This document shows, piece after piece, positions 1-15,750 of a stretch of 64,000 nucleotides of DNA. This stretch comes from Trichoplax adhaerens (lineage: Eukaryota > Animalia > Placozoa): positions 467,922-531,921 of the forward strand of contig NW_002060966.1 in assembly GCF_000150275.1 (NCBI RefSeq), written 5' to 3'. The notes beneath the pieces are model-generated. The model did not search any database. It was not told where the DNA came from and worked only from the letters and a program-made list of their open reading frames with translations. A program made the translations under genes and the position numbers. Position 1 is the first letter of the stretch; each line of letters starts with the position of its first letter.

Positions 1-100
1 AGCAGTAATAAAGAAAAAAAATGATATCGAAGATTATTTTTTGATTGTTTGACGAGCTGAAATGCCCATATGTAGTACTAATTTTATTCCATCCCTACAG

Positions 101-3100
101 TATGTGGGTTTGAAGCCTTTATCAATAACAAACATATTATTGGCCAAGTCAAAGAAAAAGAGAAAGCGCATAAAGAATATGAAGCTGCTGTAGCTAGAAA
201 AGATGGAGCTTACCTAATGGACGAAGAATCACCAGTATGAACTTTCAAACACAACATAGCTACTATTTCATTAATGAAAATCATTTCAACTTTTTACGTA
301 TTTAATGAGAGCGGTTGCGGTAATTTCCTGTCTACAATAAGTTTATGTTAACATACGAGTATATAAGTTAATAACCACAGGCAATATTAGCCATCTTTTG
401 AAATTCACTTCCTTTCAATGCATAGAAAGTTAAGCAGTATTGCTTTATATTTACCATTTCTTTAGGATATTTTTACTGTCAGCGTTGGGAATTTACCTCC
501 TAATTCTAAAGTATTAATCAAAATAACTTATGTCACCGAGTTGTCTATGGAAGGTGACTGTTTCGACTTTTTCCTGCCATCTAATCTGGCTCCGTGGAAA
601 AAACAAGAAGCACTATCCAATGTAACCCAGGTTTGCGTAGAATTTTTACTTTCATCGCTAGACATATGGTTAATTAGTATCTAACTACTGAAATTTAAAA
701 TCTCATTTAGGATGCAGTGAGTACGGTCAAGATTAACGAAGTCAAATCAGTGTAAGGCAAAAACTTTAAGAAATGATACTTTTATTATTGAGTAGAGTAC
801 ATAGCAATAAATATAGTCGGATTATAAAGTTAAAATGCAATAGTTATTTTACTAAATAATACCTTCTTGGACGGTGTACTGGTAATTTAAGCGCCAGCGA
901 GATTTTAAAAGCCTGACAGTAATTTGCTAGCTATCGTTTATAGAGAATAAGATCCCCTATCTTGCAATTATTTTACTGCACTCGAGGGTTTATGTGCTTG
1001 ATTATTTCATCATTATTGATAATAGCAATGCAACGGTTCAGGTTCGAGTTGAAATGCCGTTCGAAATTAGATCGATTAGCTCGCCAACACATCAAATTAG
1101 ACAAAAAGTAAGCAATTCATTCTTTATCCAATAAAAATAAATAAAACGAGATAACGAAGCAATAATATTTACAGACGACTGCTACTAAAGCTGTGGTGGA
1201 AACTGGACAAATGACAAAGTTCGATAATGGATTTCGATTATTAATACGATTAGCGGAAATTCACGTACCAAGAATGTGGGTTGAAAAATATCCAGATACT
1301 GATAGCCAGGTCAGTTGTTTCTATTCTATCTCGAAGTCAGTGCGAGAAAATAAGGATAGAAGTGCTTAAATAATTCATAGTCATTCTTAGTAATGGCCAA
1401 TATTGATAGAGAAGATACCCAGTCAGGCTTTGCCGTTTAGTATAATTGTACGCGAGATATAATATCGAATAATTTAATATTAAATTCGATGGTCTTAAAC
1501 TATCTTCAAATTCTGATTCAATGAGTATAGTAGAATCAAATTAAACCGGTTTTGTTCAGTATAACCGCACATAAATGTCAAATAATTTAACTATATAATC
1601 TTGATAGTATTAAATGCTATTTAATAGTCTAATATTTATTGAACCGTTATAATACAGATGCATCTTTATGTGTACCTCTAGGCATGCATGTTAACTTTCT
1701 ATCCAGAGTTTGATGTAACAGAAAATCCTCGACCAGAAATTATCATAGCTCTAGATATGTCAAATTCCATGAAGGTGCCGTTATTACATCTATGAATTAG
1801 TTATAAAGTTTGTTTGATTACCAACATTCTATTCTATGTTGATACGTCATAAAAAAGAAATTTCAATTAGGCAAGAGCCGTTATTGCCCGTAATCGTAGA
1901 CAAGCAGTTGTAACCACGATCGTTCCTCTAGTCTAGAAATGAAGTAATTAAAATATGAGTTAAAATGAGAAATATAAGATAATTAATAAACACTGTATAA
2001 TGAATAGATCCAATAATATCTCCTAGTATATTCTTAACTAATATAGAATTGACATACATCACATTATCAACGCAGTATAATTAATATATGTAGATGCAAG
2101 ATTACAGTAACGACATAAAAGAATATTTCTTTAAGATTCTTTTAGTCTACTTTAGTAGTAAAGAAATCGGAACAACGATATTTCCAAATGCCATCATCTA
2201 TATTTCGAAAAGCTTTATTTATGTCTTATTTTACTACTAAGCCCAATAATTCTATCAATAACTGTAGCAATGCTTAATGGATACCCAGAAGATTGCAGCT
2301 TTAATCTTGACGAATCTTCCTCCAGAGTGTCGATTTAATATTGTTGTATTTGGTTCAGGTAAATGCAACCAAATTACTGTTGCACAAAGTAAATCTAAAA
2401 AAATTGACATAAGTTAAATCGTGTCTTGATTGTTTTCTTAGCACATAACGAGCTATTCCCGATGTACCAAGAAGTGAGTAAAGAATCGGTTAATATGGCA
2501 ATAAAATTTATCGGAGTAAGTAGATAATAAATCTGGAAAATAAATATTCATAGTAGTGTTTAAAAAATTCATAGATAAAGGATTAGAGCTAATAGATTTA
2601 CGATTCTAGTACATGACTATTGCCTTGAGAAGCTACAATCATCAGTTAACATAATTATTTTATGATTTATAGTCCTTGTCGGCGTCTTGGGGAAATAGCA
2701 ATTTTTACCACGTTATCGATAATTTTACGCATATCGTTAAAGAACTAAAAGCCAATTCCGTTTCTAACGTATTCTTAATTTCCGATGGACATTTTGGCGA
2801 TGAAAATTCCATTACTGCCATTTTAAGGCGTGATAAAATAGACAATTTGAGATTATTTACCTTTTCTACTGGGTCAGTAGTATTTTTAATATTTCTGATA
2901 CTCGATTTTATGAACCAAGTCATTTAATATTAATGATAATCCAATAAGATCTGATATAAAGAAGAATCCGCATAATCGGTTTGCTAATTTATCTTCTCTA
3001 CGCATACAATAGAGATACGAGTAATCGTTATTTTATGCGTACTTTGGCGAAAATTGGAGCTGGCTATCATGAACACTTCGATACAAAATTTAGATCCAAA

Positions 3101-6100
3101 TGGCAACAAAAGGTTCAAAAATCGTCGTATAATGAGTGATTGAAGGGATAAAATATATTCTGGCCTAATATATTTAAAATTTATCCTTTGTTTATACTAT
3201 TTCACGTGTTATATCTAATCTAACCTAATTAGATACAAAATCAAATTTATAAAGCTTCTCAACCAACATTAACATCAGTAGCTGTCCACTGGCAGCAATT
3301 TGATGATAATCCTCAACAACTTATGCAGGTGATTATAGTCAAATTCTGTATACATTCAGTGAATCTATCGGCTGCTAGAATTGAATAAATCTTCAAATTT
3401 AGCTCCTTGGGTATCGATATAAGAGAAGATTTAACACTATTACTTCAATAAAATAAATTACCTTTGATTGCAGACAATATTTTAATTTTCTTTTACAATA
3501 GGCTCCCGCTGATATCGTTAGTTTGTTTAATGGATCAAGACAAGTTATATATGGTTTTGTTTCCAATTGTACGCAGGTTAGGAAATAGAATCTTTATCTC
3601 ACGAGCATTTGTAATTTTTGTAATGATCCTGTTAGTATTTTATGACATGAATTATGCCTGATTAATAGGCTACTTTGGAAGCCAGCATTGGTGAAATCCA
3701 AATTTCTACTGTCGTATCTACATCCGAATTGTGTATCACAACAGGAAGGGTGGGTCTTAATAAAATTAAAACTTGGGTTTCACGCAATAGTTATCCTTAG
3801 GTTGAAATGGAGACTTTAGCTTAGTCGTTGTTCGATTTTCAGGCTTCTATTCATAATTACATTAGTAAATGTCATTTTACACATTAATTGATTGGTGCAT
3901 TGACTGTAATAGAGCAAATAACGTTTAATCTAAGTATTGGTAATTGGTAAATGAGGAGATAGATTTGCAAATAATGTAGAAAATATTAAAAACATGATAT
4001 TGGCACTTTAACTGTGTCATATTTAAATTCGATTTTTGAAATCTATTTTAAACCTTAAATTTACTATCAATATCACTAGATTCTACATCAATTGACAGCG
4101 CGAGCTCTAATTCGTGATTACGACGACGGAGTCTATAATATAAAGCGCACCACCCATGAGGTAGCTATCAAAAATATCAAAATGGGAACGCAGTGTAATC
4201 TATATTATAGATAATTAGATATTATGAATAACCGCTATGACGATGTACAGGCTTTTAAAATAGATCGGAAAGAAGATATCATTAAAATAAGCCAACGCTA
4301 TTCTATTGTCAGCCCATTTACGAGTTTCGTAGCCATTGAAGATCGTAGCCAGGTAGCATAAATGAGATATCTTGTCGCAGAGATTAAAATAAACAGCAGA
4401 TTTATTTATTAAATGTAAATATAATTTACACTTTCGTACAGGACCAAAGTGACCGAAGAGAATCCTTCGATTTAAGTAAATTAATAAGACTTGAAGACAT
4501 CGATGATCTATCTTATGTGGGTTGGAGAGGAAAGACGGTAAGGCGATCCTATAATTGGCAGTACTAATTTCAACGTTAGCTAAATGGACACGGTAATTAT
4601 TTTGTTATTCTAGCAGTAGTTGTATTTACATCCAAAAGACGGAAGTAAAATAGAACACCGATTGCTCTTAAATTTCTATATTAAAACTTATCTATCATTT
4701 AAGTAGTAAACTATTTAAAGTAAATTAGCTAGATTCGAATTATTCCAGCAAGCTTGTACTTCCAATGCTTTTAATCCACTGTCAACAAAGTATCAGTAAC
4801 CCTAGCAATCAATTCTATATCGCATACTCAATATTGATATGTTACTATGGGTATAAAATTTGCTTCGGTATGGTAGCTTTTGTATCTAGTTTATAGTTTT
4901 AATAATTTGCGATCTCTAATATGACGATCATGTTCTATTCCATTGGCAATATCAGTTATCCATTTACTTACTTGAATGGTAACTTTGTTTCATGTATCGG
5001 CCAGGAAGACGATAATAAAGATAGTATGATATCTGGTAAAAAATCTGGAATTGGAGATTCACGACAATCTTCCAGAACGAGAGAAAATGTGATTCGGTGT
5101 TATACTCCAAGTTCATTCCCTTCAAGCTGTGCAAGTACGTCATCGGATGAATTCTCTACAAATAGCGAATCAAACTATTCTATAATATCGGAAACGGAAT
5201 TACCGGAGTTTTCCGATCCTGAGGTTACCATTGATGTTATCAATAAAGATGCGGAAGAGGAAGATGAAATTGAAGAAGAAGAAGCAGCATATTGCTGTGG
5301 AATAGATGAAGATGAAGAAAATGATGATGATTTATGTAATGAATATATATTAGAGGCGAAAGAAGGTACTAGGATCGTATCAGATGATTTTAATGGTCTA
5401 CTTTTAGGAAGTAATCAATGGATAAATAATAATTCTAATACTTCAATACATGAGAATAGATTAATAAAAAACTAGCCTTACCTTAGTAACTAATTTTGGC
5501 TGGATTTGAAATTAATATAAATCATTATAAAGTACCGTTATCACTTAAAAGTTTGAATTCCTTGCTTAAACATTAAATTTGATTAATGACATCTATCGAG
5601 CCAGATGAGTGTGAACCAGAAATTTGCAAGGCATTTTCAAGTAAAGCAATTGATGACAGCGAAGAAGGGGAAATGCTTGCTTTACCTAAAAAGGTTTTTC
5701 ATTGCTTAAACTAGAGCATTATTTAGCCATGATGAGATTATTTACCAATAGAGCAATTTACAACTTGGTAATATAGATATATTGTCCGTTTTTCTTCCCT
5801 ACGTATAGCATTTAATGCGATTTACATTAATGTATTCAATGCTATTCATTATTCTAATTCTCACTCAAATATGAACTTCTGATTAATCATTAGTACAATA
5901 TGCATAATTATGAGACGATAACAATATTAAGCTCATTATTTAAAATTACAATGATAATTACAGGTAGTACAGCATTGATTCTTATAGTTTTAAGTTATAG
6001 CCCTCTTAGTAAAGGCAAAAATCGTCAACTTACTACAAGTTCATTTTTAATTTCATTCTGCTTTTACAATAACAATGAATCTTTAAAGTTGCCTTCATAG

Positions 6101-8627
6101 CATTACGTAACAAAAAACACCTTATAGAACTTGTTTAGCAATTTCATTGCTCCATCTTATTTCATTTTTAGAAAGAATTTTACGCGGCTGCAGGTAAACA
6201 TTTCAAAATTATACCCACCATGAAGAAGAAAGCCTTATCCAAAAAAAAAATGGACAGGAGTAATCATAACTTCATACTAGCTGATTCGATCTATAGAACT
6301 CAAGGCATCATTAGCTTATTCTAGTCTGTCAGGTAAAATTTATTTTATATAAGAAAATCTTTTTATTCGTTTAAAAGGGACAGAAAAGGTCCTTGACGAT
6401 CAATTTGGGAACTTTTATGATCCATCGACCTCATCAAAGCACCTTTCAACTCGAACGTCTGAGAAGGTGAGCAATTACTCTTACTGAGTATAAAAATTAG
6501 GTTTGGACATGCTTGAGGAGTAAATTATCGATACAAATTCAATTTCCGTCTTTAGCTTGAAAGAGCAATAGTAGGTAGTTCTGAAAACTTCTCCATGGAA
6601 GAACAGACGTATACGGCAGAAATAAAAGATGAGAGAACGCAAAGTAAACAGTAAATCTATCTATGAAATTTCAAATGATATTCAATATGTATATATAGTA
6701 TATATCTATCAGATAGAAACTGTCTATTAATCGTTATTTTTATATTTCCAATAAATTAAGAACTATCTATAGGTATGAAGCAGACTAGAGGTGCATTAGA
6801 TTCTTCTATAGAAGCAATTTCATCATTTAATTCAAATTCTCCACGTACTGCTCAAGATGGCCTTCAAGCAGGGGTTAGTAAAACTTAAAGTGTATTCAAA
6901 CAGCTTCAGAATTTGAATTTTGCTCTGGGAAGTCATCATCCATTATATTATATTTGCTTTTTATCAGCAGAAATTAATTCGGAAGTTTAGAAGCCTAGCT
7001 ACTCTCAGAAGAATGGAGGAGTCAAGTAATAATATAATTGAATTTTACTTATTAAGGCGATATTTTGCGTAGAATAACTAAGCTGGCAGTTTCATTTTTG
7101 GATAGAAAATGAGCTTTAATAACTTGTATGCATTTATATATCTATGCTATGTTCAATTTACACTCGCACAATAGATTAAGGTATTTTATTTAACTGAAAT
7201 AGCTTAAAAAATTAAAATCATGTTATATACAGCTATCCCACCTCCTCCGTCATCTTTAGGACCCACACCGACTTTAAGATCTCAACATTTTCGGATAAGT
7301 AAAAGTCGGATAGCTTCAGGACCTCCGCCAGCACAAGCATCTCAACCATGTCCACCTCCTCCACTTCCAGGATCTTCAGCATCTGAGCTATTCCCGCCTC
7401 TTTCATATTCACAATCTAAGACTAATGAAGAACTATTAGTTCAACAAATACACAAGCCTAAACCAAGTTCGTCTATTGAAATAAACAAGCACAAGGCGAA
7501 GATAGAATATCAATACGCTAGTATGAATGGAGCTAAGGAGGATATTGTAGAAATAGAACCTAACAGGGCGGCTAAACTTGGTTCACTGGCAACTTCTGCT
7601 AAGGCCTTAAAAGGATTCTTACGTGTCGGGAGACAAACTAATAGCTTTCTATCTAGAACTAACTTTAATTCTTTAGGCGCAAGTGCTGATGATCATTCTA
7701 ATTTAGCTAAGGAGGAAACATTAGACGATGATAAGAAGGTAGAATACAGGCAAATGAAATTCAGAAAATCTAAAGCGCTAGCAAAAAAGTACAAATCTGC
7801 GAATACTAAAGACAATCTTGTTGATGAGCCTGAAAATCCAAGTAAGAATTAAATTGCAATATAATCAATTTATTAATAATTTACCCGCACTAAATTATGT
7901 TCTAATAGCCAGTAAGTTAATCTAAGAAAGAGTTTGTAGATAAATTATATTAGTCGAGAAATTAATCCTAATCGTTTTAATTATTCATAGAGGAAATGAA
8001 AAATTTGACCTATATAAATTGCAGGGAATTGATGATGTTTCAAGTATCGGTACGAAATAATTTAATATAATAAAGTCATGATTAGAACATAGACTTACAC
8101 TATCGATATAAGGAATCTTTTTAAAGATACACTAACGATAAGCTGTTTTTTATAGCTGCCGATGTTTAGTATAACAGGATATCGTAAACTGATATTTCTT
8201 AATATTTAAAGGATGGTTATTGGGAAGTAACACCGGAAATAGCTGCAATAATAAGAATATCTGTGGAAAAGTTATTTAGATTACTAACTGAAGCTGGAAT
8301 TTATTCATTGGGTAAAATCGAATTAATCTACAGTAGTACTTTCAATACTATCATGCCATTGTAACTGATACTTTTATACCATGTAAAGTTTGTTCTAATA
8401 TTTAATTTTATTCACTTTATTTAGGCTCTAAAGCTTGTAAAGATATTGTTCGTATGGTATTTACCAAGATTGTAATCGTTATTCTTGGAAAGATTGCACA
8501 GTTGCAGGAGTCACTAGCACGTGCTACGAAATGGCTGGTATTCATGGATAAAAAATATCCATCGCTGCTATATCGTTTTGAATTAGGATCAAATTGGGAA
8601 TGTGTGGCTAGAAAATGCCAGCTTTAG
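101..8627 (+). CDS. PARP4: Vault poly(ADP-ribose) polymerase PARP4/VPARP, 3' portion (VIT, vWA, linker, C-terminal MVP-interacting region); multi-exon, 5' end lies before the window
   Basis: Spliced exons (101-234, 466-630, then ~1175-1309, ~1682-1774 and onward) give CGFEAFINNKHIIGQVKEKEKAHKEY..., DIFTVSVGNLPPNSKVLIKITYVTEL, EIHVPRMWVEKYP, IIIALDMSNSM, VFLISDGH, QAPADIVSLFNGSRQVIYGFVSNCTQ, LTARALIRDYDDG and FTSFVAIEDR. These are colinear with my recollection of vertebrate PARP4. The last exons give DGYWEV...EAGIYSLG and ...YPSLLYRFELGSNWECVARKCQL*, stop at 8625-8627. Exons between 4.9 and 8.0 kb are less certain. Confidence 0.93.
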
Positions 8628-11541
8628 GAAATTACATGATTTTGACTACGGATGATTCCATACGGTAAAAGAGCTAAAGAATACACTTTAAATTTTTCCT
8701 TAATTCACAAAGCGATACGTCTGCTTTATTCTATCGTCGTTTATTTAATGTTTTATCTCTAACCAAAATGTGATAGGTATGTAAAAACTTTGCTTACTAT
8801 GTCGGCCAAGTTTACTGGTATTTTTAATTTTATATTCTATAACTAATCTCATGTCCAAAGTTTTGGCTATGGACTCCTATGATATGCTATAACACAGCAA
8901 GTAGATTCAGTTCTGCGTACAATTTTACATTTGAAATGTATTACTATAAAACTAATTACGACTTCAGGCCATAAAACTGTATTATCTGCTTGATGCGAAT
9001 TGATCAAATCATTTCCAAATATATCAATTTGCGACCATAATACATCAATAATTTTGAAGGAAGTTTAATTTATTTGTAATAAATTGGTGTTATAAATCTT
9101 TGAAATAATTTTTGGGAGTATAATTGATAGAGCTGATGTCACTTTTCGGTATATTATACTTTTGGGCCTAAATTTTATATTTCAGAACATATTGAGTTTA
9201 TGCATACTCGTATAATAAACAATTTAATATTTTGGTCTATTTAAGCTGTAAAAACAAAAGCAAAAGCAAAAGCATGTATTCAATGCAGGGAGTTGGTTCG
9301 CATTGCAAGGTGACTTCTTGCTCTTTCTTACCTATGAAGTCGCGCTTTCGTTACAAGTTATGACTTAATATGGCCAATGAAGTTGCCACTAAATACTGAT
9401 TCTCTCCTTAGAGCATTAAAATAGTTATTATCCAGTGTTATATCACTTGCTAATAATATTCTTTGCCTTATGCTTACGAGATTCATAGAAGCAAGAACAA
9501 GTTAATAATCTCATGATTTCTGATATACACCAAAATTCATTGAAAGGCTACTACACCTAAATTTATGTTTACCAATAGAGCGTCTGATAGATCAATACAA
9601 GGAAGTATATGTAATGACTAGCGCGTATTTCCTCTTCATAAAGAAAATAGATAGTTATAATTGTTGTACTTATCAATATAGTGTATTTTGCTTTAGCTTT
9701 AGCTAGAGAAGATACGCATTATTACTAAGAGACCAATTAAATTTATTTTTATGTCAATTATTTTTGAGATAGAATATTGTTTGTAATCATAGATGTTATT
9801 TTGTTAGGATTATCGCAGCAGTCAATGTTAACGAACATTAAACTTTAGTCCTGTACACTATTGACGACTTGGAAATTCTCGAACTCTATAGTAATCACAT
9901 TATGCAACTTATTTAATATGGGAATCAAAAGCTGCTGATGATTGAACTGTGTCTTGGACATTTATAGTTACTAAATTTAAAAGGCTAAAACTTTAGTATA
10001 ATTGGATAATTATATCCTTAATTTACATTAGGCGCAGTTTAATCAAAAGTATAAAAGGAGAGGTAGTAGCTAAAAATATTAATTTGACTTACCTATTCTT
10101 GAAGACTGAACTAGGAAATGCGAGTCTAACTCGTAAGTTCTTTTATTATACGCAAGCAACTATTATTGGTGTTTGGTGGTGATTGAGGCTAGATGCTGTG
10201 TCTTAGCCCGTAATGTTATTCGCTATACTTTTATTAATGCTTGATGGAGACTTAGTCTAGGCGCTACGTGTTAGACTTACAAGTTTTAAATTTCTATTTT
10301 CTTCTAAAATATTTTGTTTGAATGCTTCACGGTTGCTTTGATTGAATCATTTAATAATTTGCTTTATTGCCTCTATCAATTAAGTATTTTATAGAATTAC
10401 TCACAATAATATTTAGTCTTAGCACCTACTGACATGCACGCCTACAGTACATATTAGTGTTAGGTAGAGTACGATTTTAAGCCTACCGAGAGTTATACAC
10501 TGCTAGGTTAGAGAATATCTGTCTTTTGAGATAGAGAGGTTTTAGCTTATAGCGGCTTCAAATAAAGAATTGCAATAATATCAAATTTATTTAATAGCAA
10601 TGCTGATATCAATATCGGTAGGATAATACATTACAGTACTGTACTAGTAATTGAACTAATTGTTCACTATGGGGTAATAGACTCTTAAAAATCATGAATA
10701 TCAACTTTAATTAATAGAACTGCAGGTTTGTATTCAAATTGAGAATTATATTGCTAGTATCTGCCTCTTCGACAATCTGCTCATTGTAACAACTCTATCA
10801 AGAGCCACCTTTATCTGATCATCATCTAAGATCTTTAATTTTATTTAGTTGCTAGTCCTATATTTAATAAATATCTTTAATTAGGCCGTAAATGAGGCTA
10901 TATCCGAAAATTTGATTAATATTCTCGATCGGTTTTTTGAAATTTCAAATAAATATTACAATCTAAGTACCTCTGTATTCACGGCCAGATAACTTTACTG
11001 AATCATTAATAAAATACCATCATTATTTAGCTATAGAAACGTTAATTAGAGAAATTACTAGACTAAGTTAAATTACAGTAATGTCAGAACAAAAATGAAA
11101 TTTCTATCCTACTGTATGTTAATAAATTTTTATGGCTATTAAAAAGAACGACTTATCCCAAGAACTTTGATTCGTTACAACTACTATTCTTATATAATTA
11201 AGTAATCACTGTCTACGAATAATTTAACGTTATGTCTGAGTATTATTGTACTGTATATGTACTTCGAATAATAAGATACGTAACTCGTATAAATACATAA
11301 TTCAATAATTAAATGCTTAGAAAAATTTGCAACTTAACATGATGCATTATATTTGCAAGGTTAGCGCATTGAGAACGTCAATTAAAATATTAAATTGGTA
11401 GTACTTGTATTGCATTTGATTTAAGAATTCTCGGCCTAGTGTTAATTAATTAATTTCATTGGCAAAATGTCTATTATAGCTATATACGGGTACTAAAAAT
11501 AAAATTTATCTTAGTTTAAATTTTATAGTAAGATTATCTAG

Positions 11542-11830
11542 AACATTTAGACGTCAAACTCTTCATAAATGATATGCACTAGAGTGTTGGAGCGTAATAG
11601 AAGCAAATTGCCACGCATTTAGGCTTTTACTGGACTCACATTCAGAATTTGAAAAAGAAACTCCATTTAGTGTCGCCTGCCAATGCCAAGCCATGCCTTA
11701 TAAATTGACCTCTGATCAATCAAAGACATTTACAGTAGAAATTTTAATCGATGTACCGCTCAAGCACCATCTATATTCGGTTGCAGAGAAGCTACGTGCA
11801 GCAGTACTCAAAGATGCAAATAGAAGCTAA
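11542..11830 (+). pseudogene. Death-domain exon, decayed copy 1
   Basis: After an AG acceptor: HLDVKLFINDMH*SVGA**KQIATHLGFYWTHIQ/FEKETPFSVACQCQAM...TFTVEILIDVPLKHHLYSVAEKL. Three stops and a 1-nt deletion; homologous to the 15.75 and 20.7 kb copies. Confidence 0.7.
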
Positions 11831-14800
11831 GACGATATTAGAAGGGCTTAGCTATGTACAAAATTCTCGACAATATTAATCAGAGTTAGAATAGATTATA
11901 TTGTACGATTATACCAGCGTGTTTTCTCGTATATATTATTCACATTACACTTATTAAAGTCCCAATTGCGTACATGTTTATAGCCTATTATTGTAGGTGA
12001 TGATGAACAAATCTATTTTACTTTTTACCAGGCAGGGTATGTTACGGACATTACAAATATTGGTATATTAAATTTGCTTTATTGGCGGTATTTGAATTAA
12101 GCGCTGAACAAATAGGACTAGAACAGGATTACTAACTCGAATTTACATGATTTAAACGTTATTGATTATCAATCAGTTTATAGCTAGTTCTTGTTAGTTT
12201 ACAATTCAATTACCCTACTCATACCATTGATGCAAGCTCAAAATACTATAAGGATCACTGATGATTATTCCTAGTATTAGATGCTACACTTAAATTACTG
12301 CTGAATAGTAAATTTTTACACGCTAATATTAAGTAGAAGTTTTCACCTACCGATAAGAGCAAGACATGCTAATGTAGAGCGCTGCCACATTGTTTATACG
12401 AATAAATTTATTTGCATTTTGTATAGAAATTGACCAATATTAAGAGCGAATAAAATAGATATATGTAATTGTAATCTTCTAATTTCTGAGAGAGGTTGAA
12501 TGATAAATTTGTACTCCCCTAATATTACGTCTGCCATTAGAGTGTCTAATAAAATAATACAATAAGTTGATAAAACGTCTATTGCTGTACTATCTGCCAT
12601 ATACTATTTGTAGTTACTAAAAGGTTAAAAGACATCTACGATGATTGCTTGAAAATACCCGTTTGGTTTTAAGCCTATTTTATAAGCCATGCTCATATAT
12701 AGCACTAAATTATCAACTCACTGTCAAAATAATTGGTAATGTATGCGCATAAGCTTGTATTTATGTTCTATTTTCATATATATATATATATATTTATCTT
12801 TTGCTTTATCGTATGATGCAATACCAGCTGACAATAAGGACATGCACCAAGTTCCTCATAATCTGATATCAATATCTATTTGGTAATTACAACACGTAGA
12901 AAAACCAACGGCTAAAGATTAAAGTCAGGTAGTTTGATAAGGTATCATTCATTTTCAGGTACTGCTTTTTAATTTGTTTATCTAAATAAGAATTTTATTG
13001 CTTTAATGTTTCTTGTACCACTAATGATGAAAGCTATAAAGTTTAAAGGCAGGAACTACAAGATTACGTTATTTCTGCTGAATTGTCTATCCTCTACAAA
13101 TCAAACAAATAAAGACCATCATGTAAGAAACTTTACTAAAGTATGAGTCAGTGATTGATAGATTCCACTTCATGATAGTAATTGCAAGAAAATCTACCAA
13201 TTTTATGAAGACAAGCAAAGTATTGAAATAATTAGCAGGAGTGCGAGATTAATTTGAATATTTTCCACCTCCGTCCCGGTGCAGCATGATTTTCTTGTAG
13301 CACTCAGTCATGATAAATAGGTAATGGTTGATAAACTGTTAACAAACCATTAAAACAATCTGTAGGTAGGATAGATTAGTGGATGCATCTTTAAAAATTT
13401 AAACTCTCTAACGCCATCAACTTACCATTTAAGTGTTGATTAGTGCAGCAGCAAGTAACTTAATTATTAGAATTGTAACCCCCGTAAAACCACCAGCTTC
13501 GCTAGATATTTTTCAAAGATTTACAATTTCTTAAAAACGACTATGCAACGTTTTCATTGCCCATTGACTCCCATCGCCACGAGTTTCACTGACTTCATTG
13601 ATGATTGCAATCTGAGGTAGAATAAAATAGTCGACGTATCATATCATGAAACTGAGCTACAGTAAAATGCCATGAACTAAACAATATTATCTGGGTTATT
13701 GAATAACCTCTACCCTCATTTTTATAGCCCTTTATCGATGGCGCATGAAACAACGTCCAGGAGAGATACCTATCAATCTAGAGAGAACATAAAATATTAA
13801 AAATAATGGCTAACACGAATTAATATGCCAATAGATACTCGAGGATATTAGATCCTCTAGAATCAGTAAATTCGACTGAAAGAGTAGCTTTTAATATATT
13901 TGTAGTAATATTCTGACTTCATACTGGTACGTATCCATATCACATAATTTTCAGCTTTAAGTTGAAGTACAGTGTATCGCTTCCTTGCTCTCTTTAGTTA
14001 CCTCTTGTTCGAATTAAATTTTCATTTAGTGCAAGCCCCAATGTGCCATGCAGTTGATATTTGATACGCAGCAACTTAATTAAAGAAATTAAAACAATGT
14101 TTGAATTGAAGCCAATGTTCATTAATTACTTATTCGCTTAACTAAATAGATATCAGCTATGGTACCCACTATATCGTATCGTTTCTACGCCTGAATTTTT
14201 TATTCATTTCATTTCTTTAAAGTTGATAGCCTATAACCAACACACCATGTGGATCATTGAATTGAATTTAGACTAGATCATGACCTATAAAGTTACACGG
14301 GTTAATTTGTCAACTTTGGCTTAATTAATGTTTACGCATAATATAATTAAAAATAGAAATTTATTTGGAGAAAAACTAAAACTACTACAAAAAAAATAAA
14401 TATTATGGGCCTACTGTCAGGATTGTCATCTCTAAAATCTAGCTGCAGTACCGGTACGACTCTAAGTCCTGACTACATCCACATCATTAGCGAATTGCAG
14501 TAAACCAACAATCTCTCTAAGACAATAATTGGCCCAAACTTTATTGAAATGTCAGCCAATTTAGAGTACAGTGATAATAACATTAGTTATCAGCATATAG
14601 ATAATATTATACAACTATGCAGTTATCCATTAAAAAATATGCTAACCGTCATAGATAAATTGATATCAACTAGATAATTTAGCTTTCACGAGCACGGACT
14701 TCTAGGTATCTAGTAGTCTATGTCACGAGTCAATTATCAATATAAATAACATAACTTAGTTCTGGATCGTAGATTATTAGTCATCTTTGATATGAAGTGA

Positions 14801-15750
14801 GGCAGCAGAATTTATTACATTCATCTAAAGGCATCCATAGTAGCTCAGAGCCATAGAATATCTTATAGATTTATTAGAGTCCTGATGATCATACACACAG
14901 TAAGGTATTAAGTCACTACAGATATTTGGATAAGAATAGTATCGCAACTCATGTATTAGGATATGGTTACTTTATTGTACTTTAACTGCCAAATATGATG
15001 TCTAAGTTAATACTGTGACTATTACCACACTGGATGACAGATTAATCGCTGTAAGATATTATTAGTTACTACCAATAAATTGTAAAATTAGGTAAAATGT
15101 AAATATGCGTATACTGATTATAGCCGCAAATGCTACGAAAAGTATGCAGGTACAAGCAGTCAACTTCGGAATATCCTGGTACTTTCTTTTAGAAGTCTTT
15201 CTACTTATTGTATTAGGCTAGAGTAGATGTGTGCAGATTATCTTTGTATTAGCAATCTAATAAAGTTCTAATTCCCTACAACTTTTTAAATCCCCTAATC
15301 GATTTTATCGAAATAAATTGCGTCATAGCCAATAAGTTCTCGGATAACTACCTATATATTACGATTTCTATGCAAAAGTTACTCTATAACAGATATACGA
15401 CTATACAGTAGAGAATTTCGTTAACGGTTTACTTTAATTTACGCATGTATTTTTCTCGATATGACATAAGGAAAATGAACATGTTTCGCAAGACATAACG
15501 ATATGTATGTTGGGTAGTTAAGCTAGATAGTTCCGTTAATTGTTTAAAATAATGCTATTACTGGATTCGTAAATTGGATTCAATTTGAATTAATACTAAA
15601 GAATAAAATTTTAGATAGTTATCAGTTAGCAAGTGAATTTGAGAATTCTATCTCTGTAACACCTGTATTTGTAATCTACTTAATTAGCTACATAGGATAC
15701 TAAATAAATGTTTTCGTAGTATATACTTCCCATTCAGATATTTTACGTAT

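Noticed and set aside
4921-7852. ORFs 4921-5475 and 7220-7852 as independent genes
   Set aside because: They lie between PARP4 vWA-region exons and its terminal exons and contain internal splice sites; best read as PARP4 linker exons.
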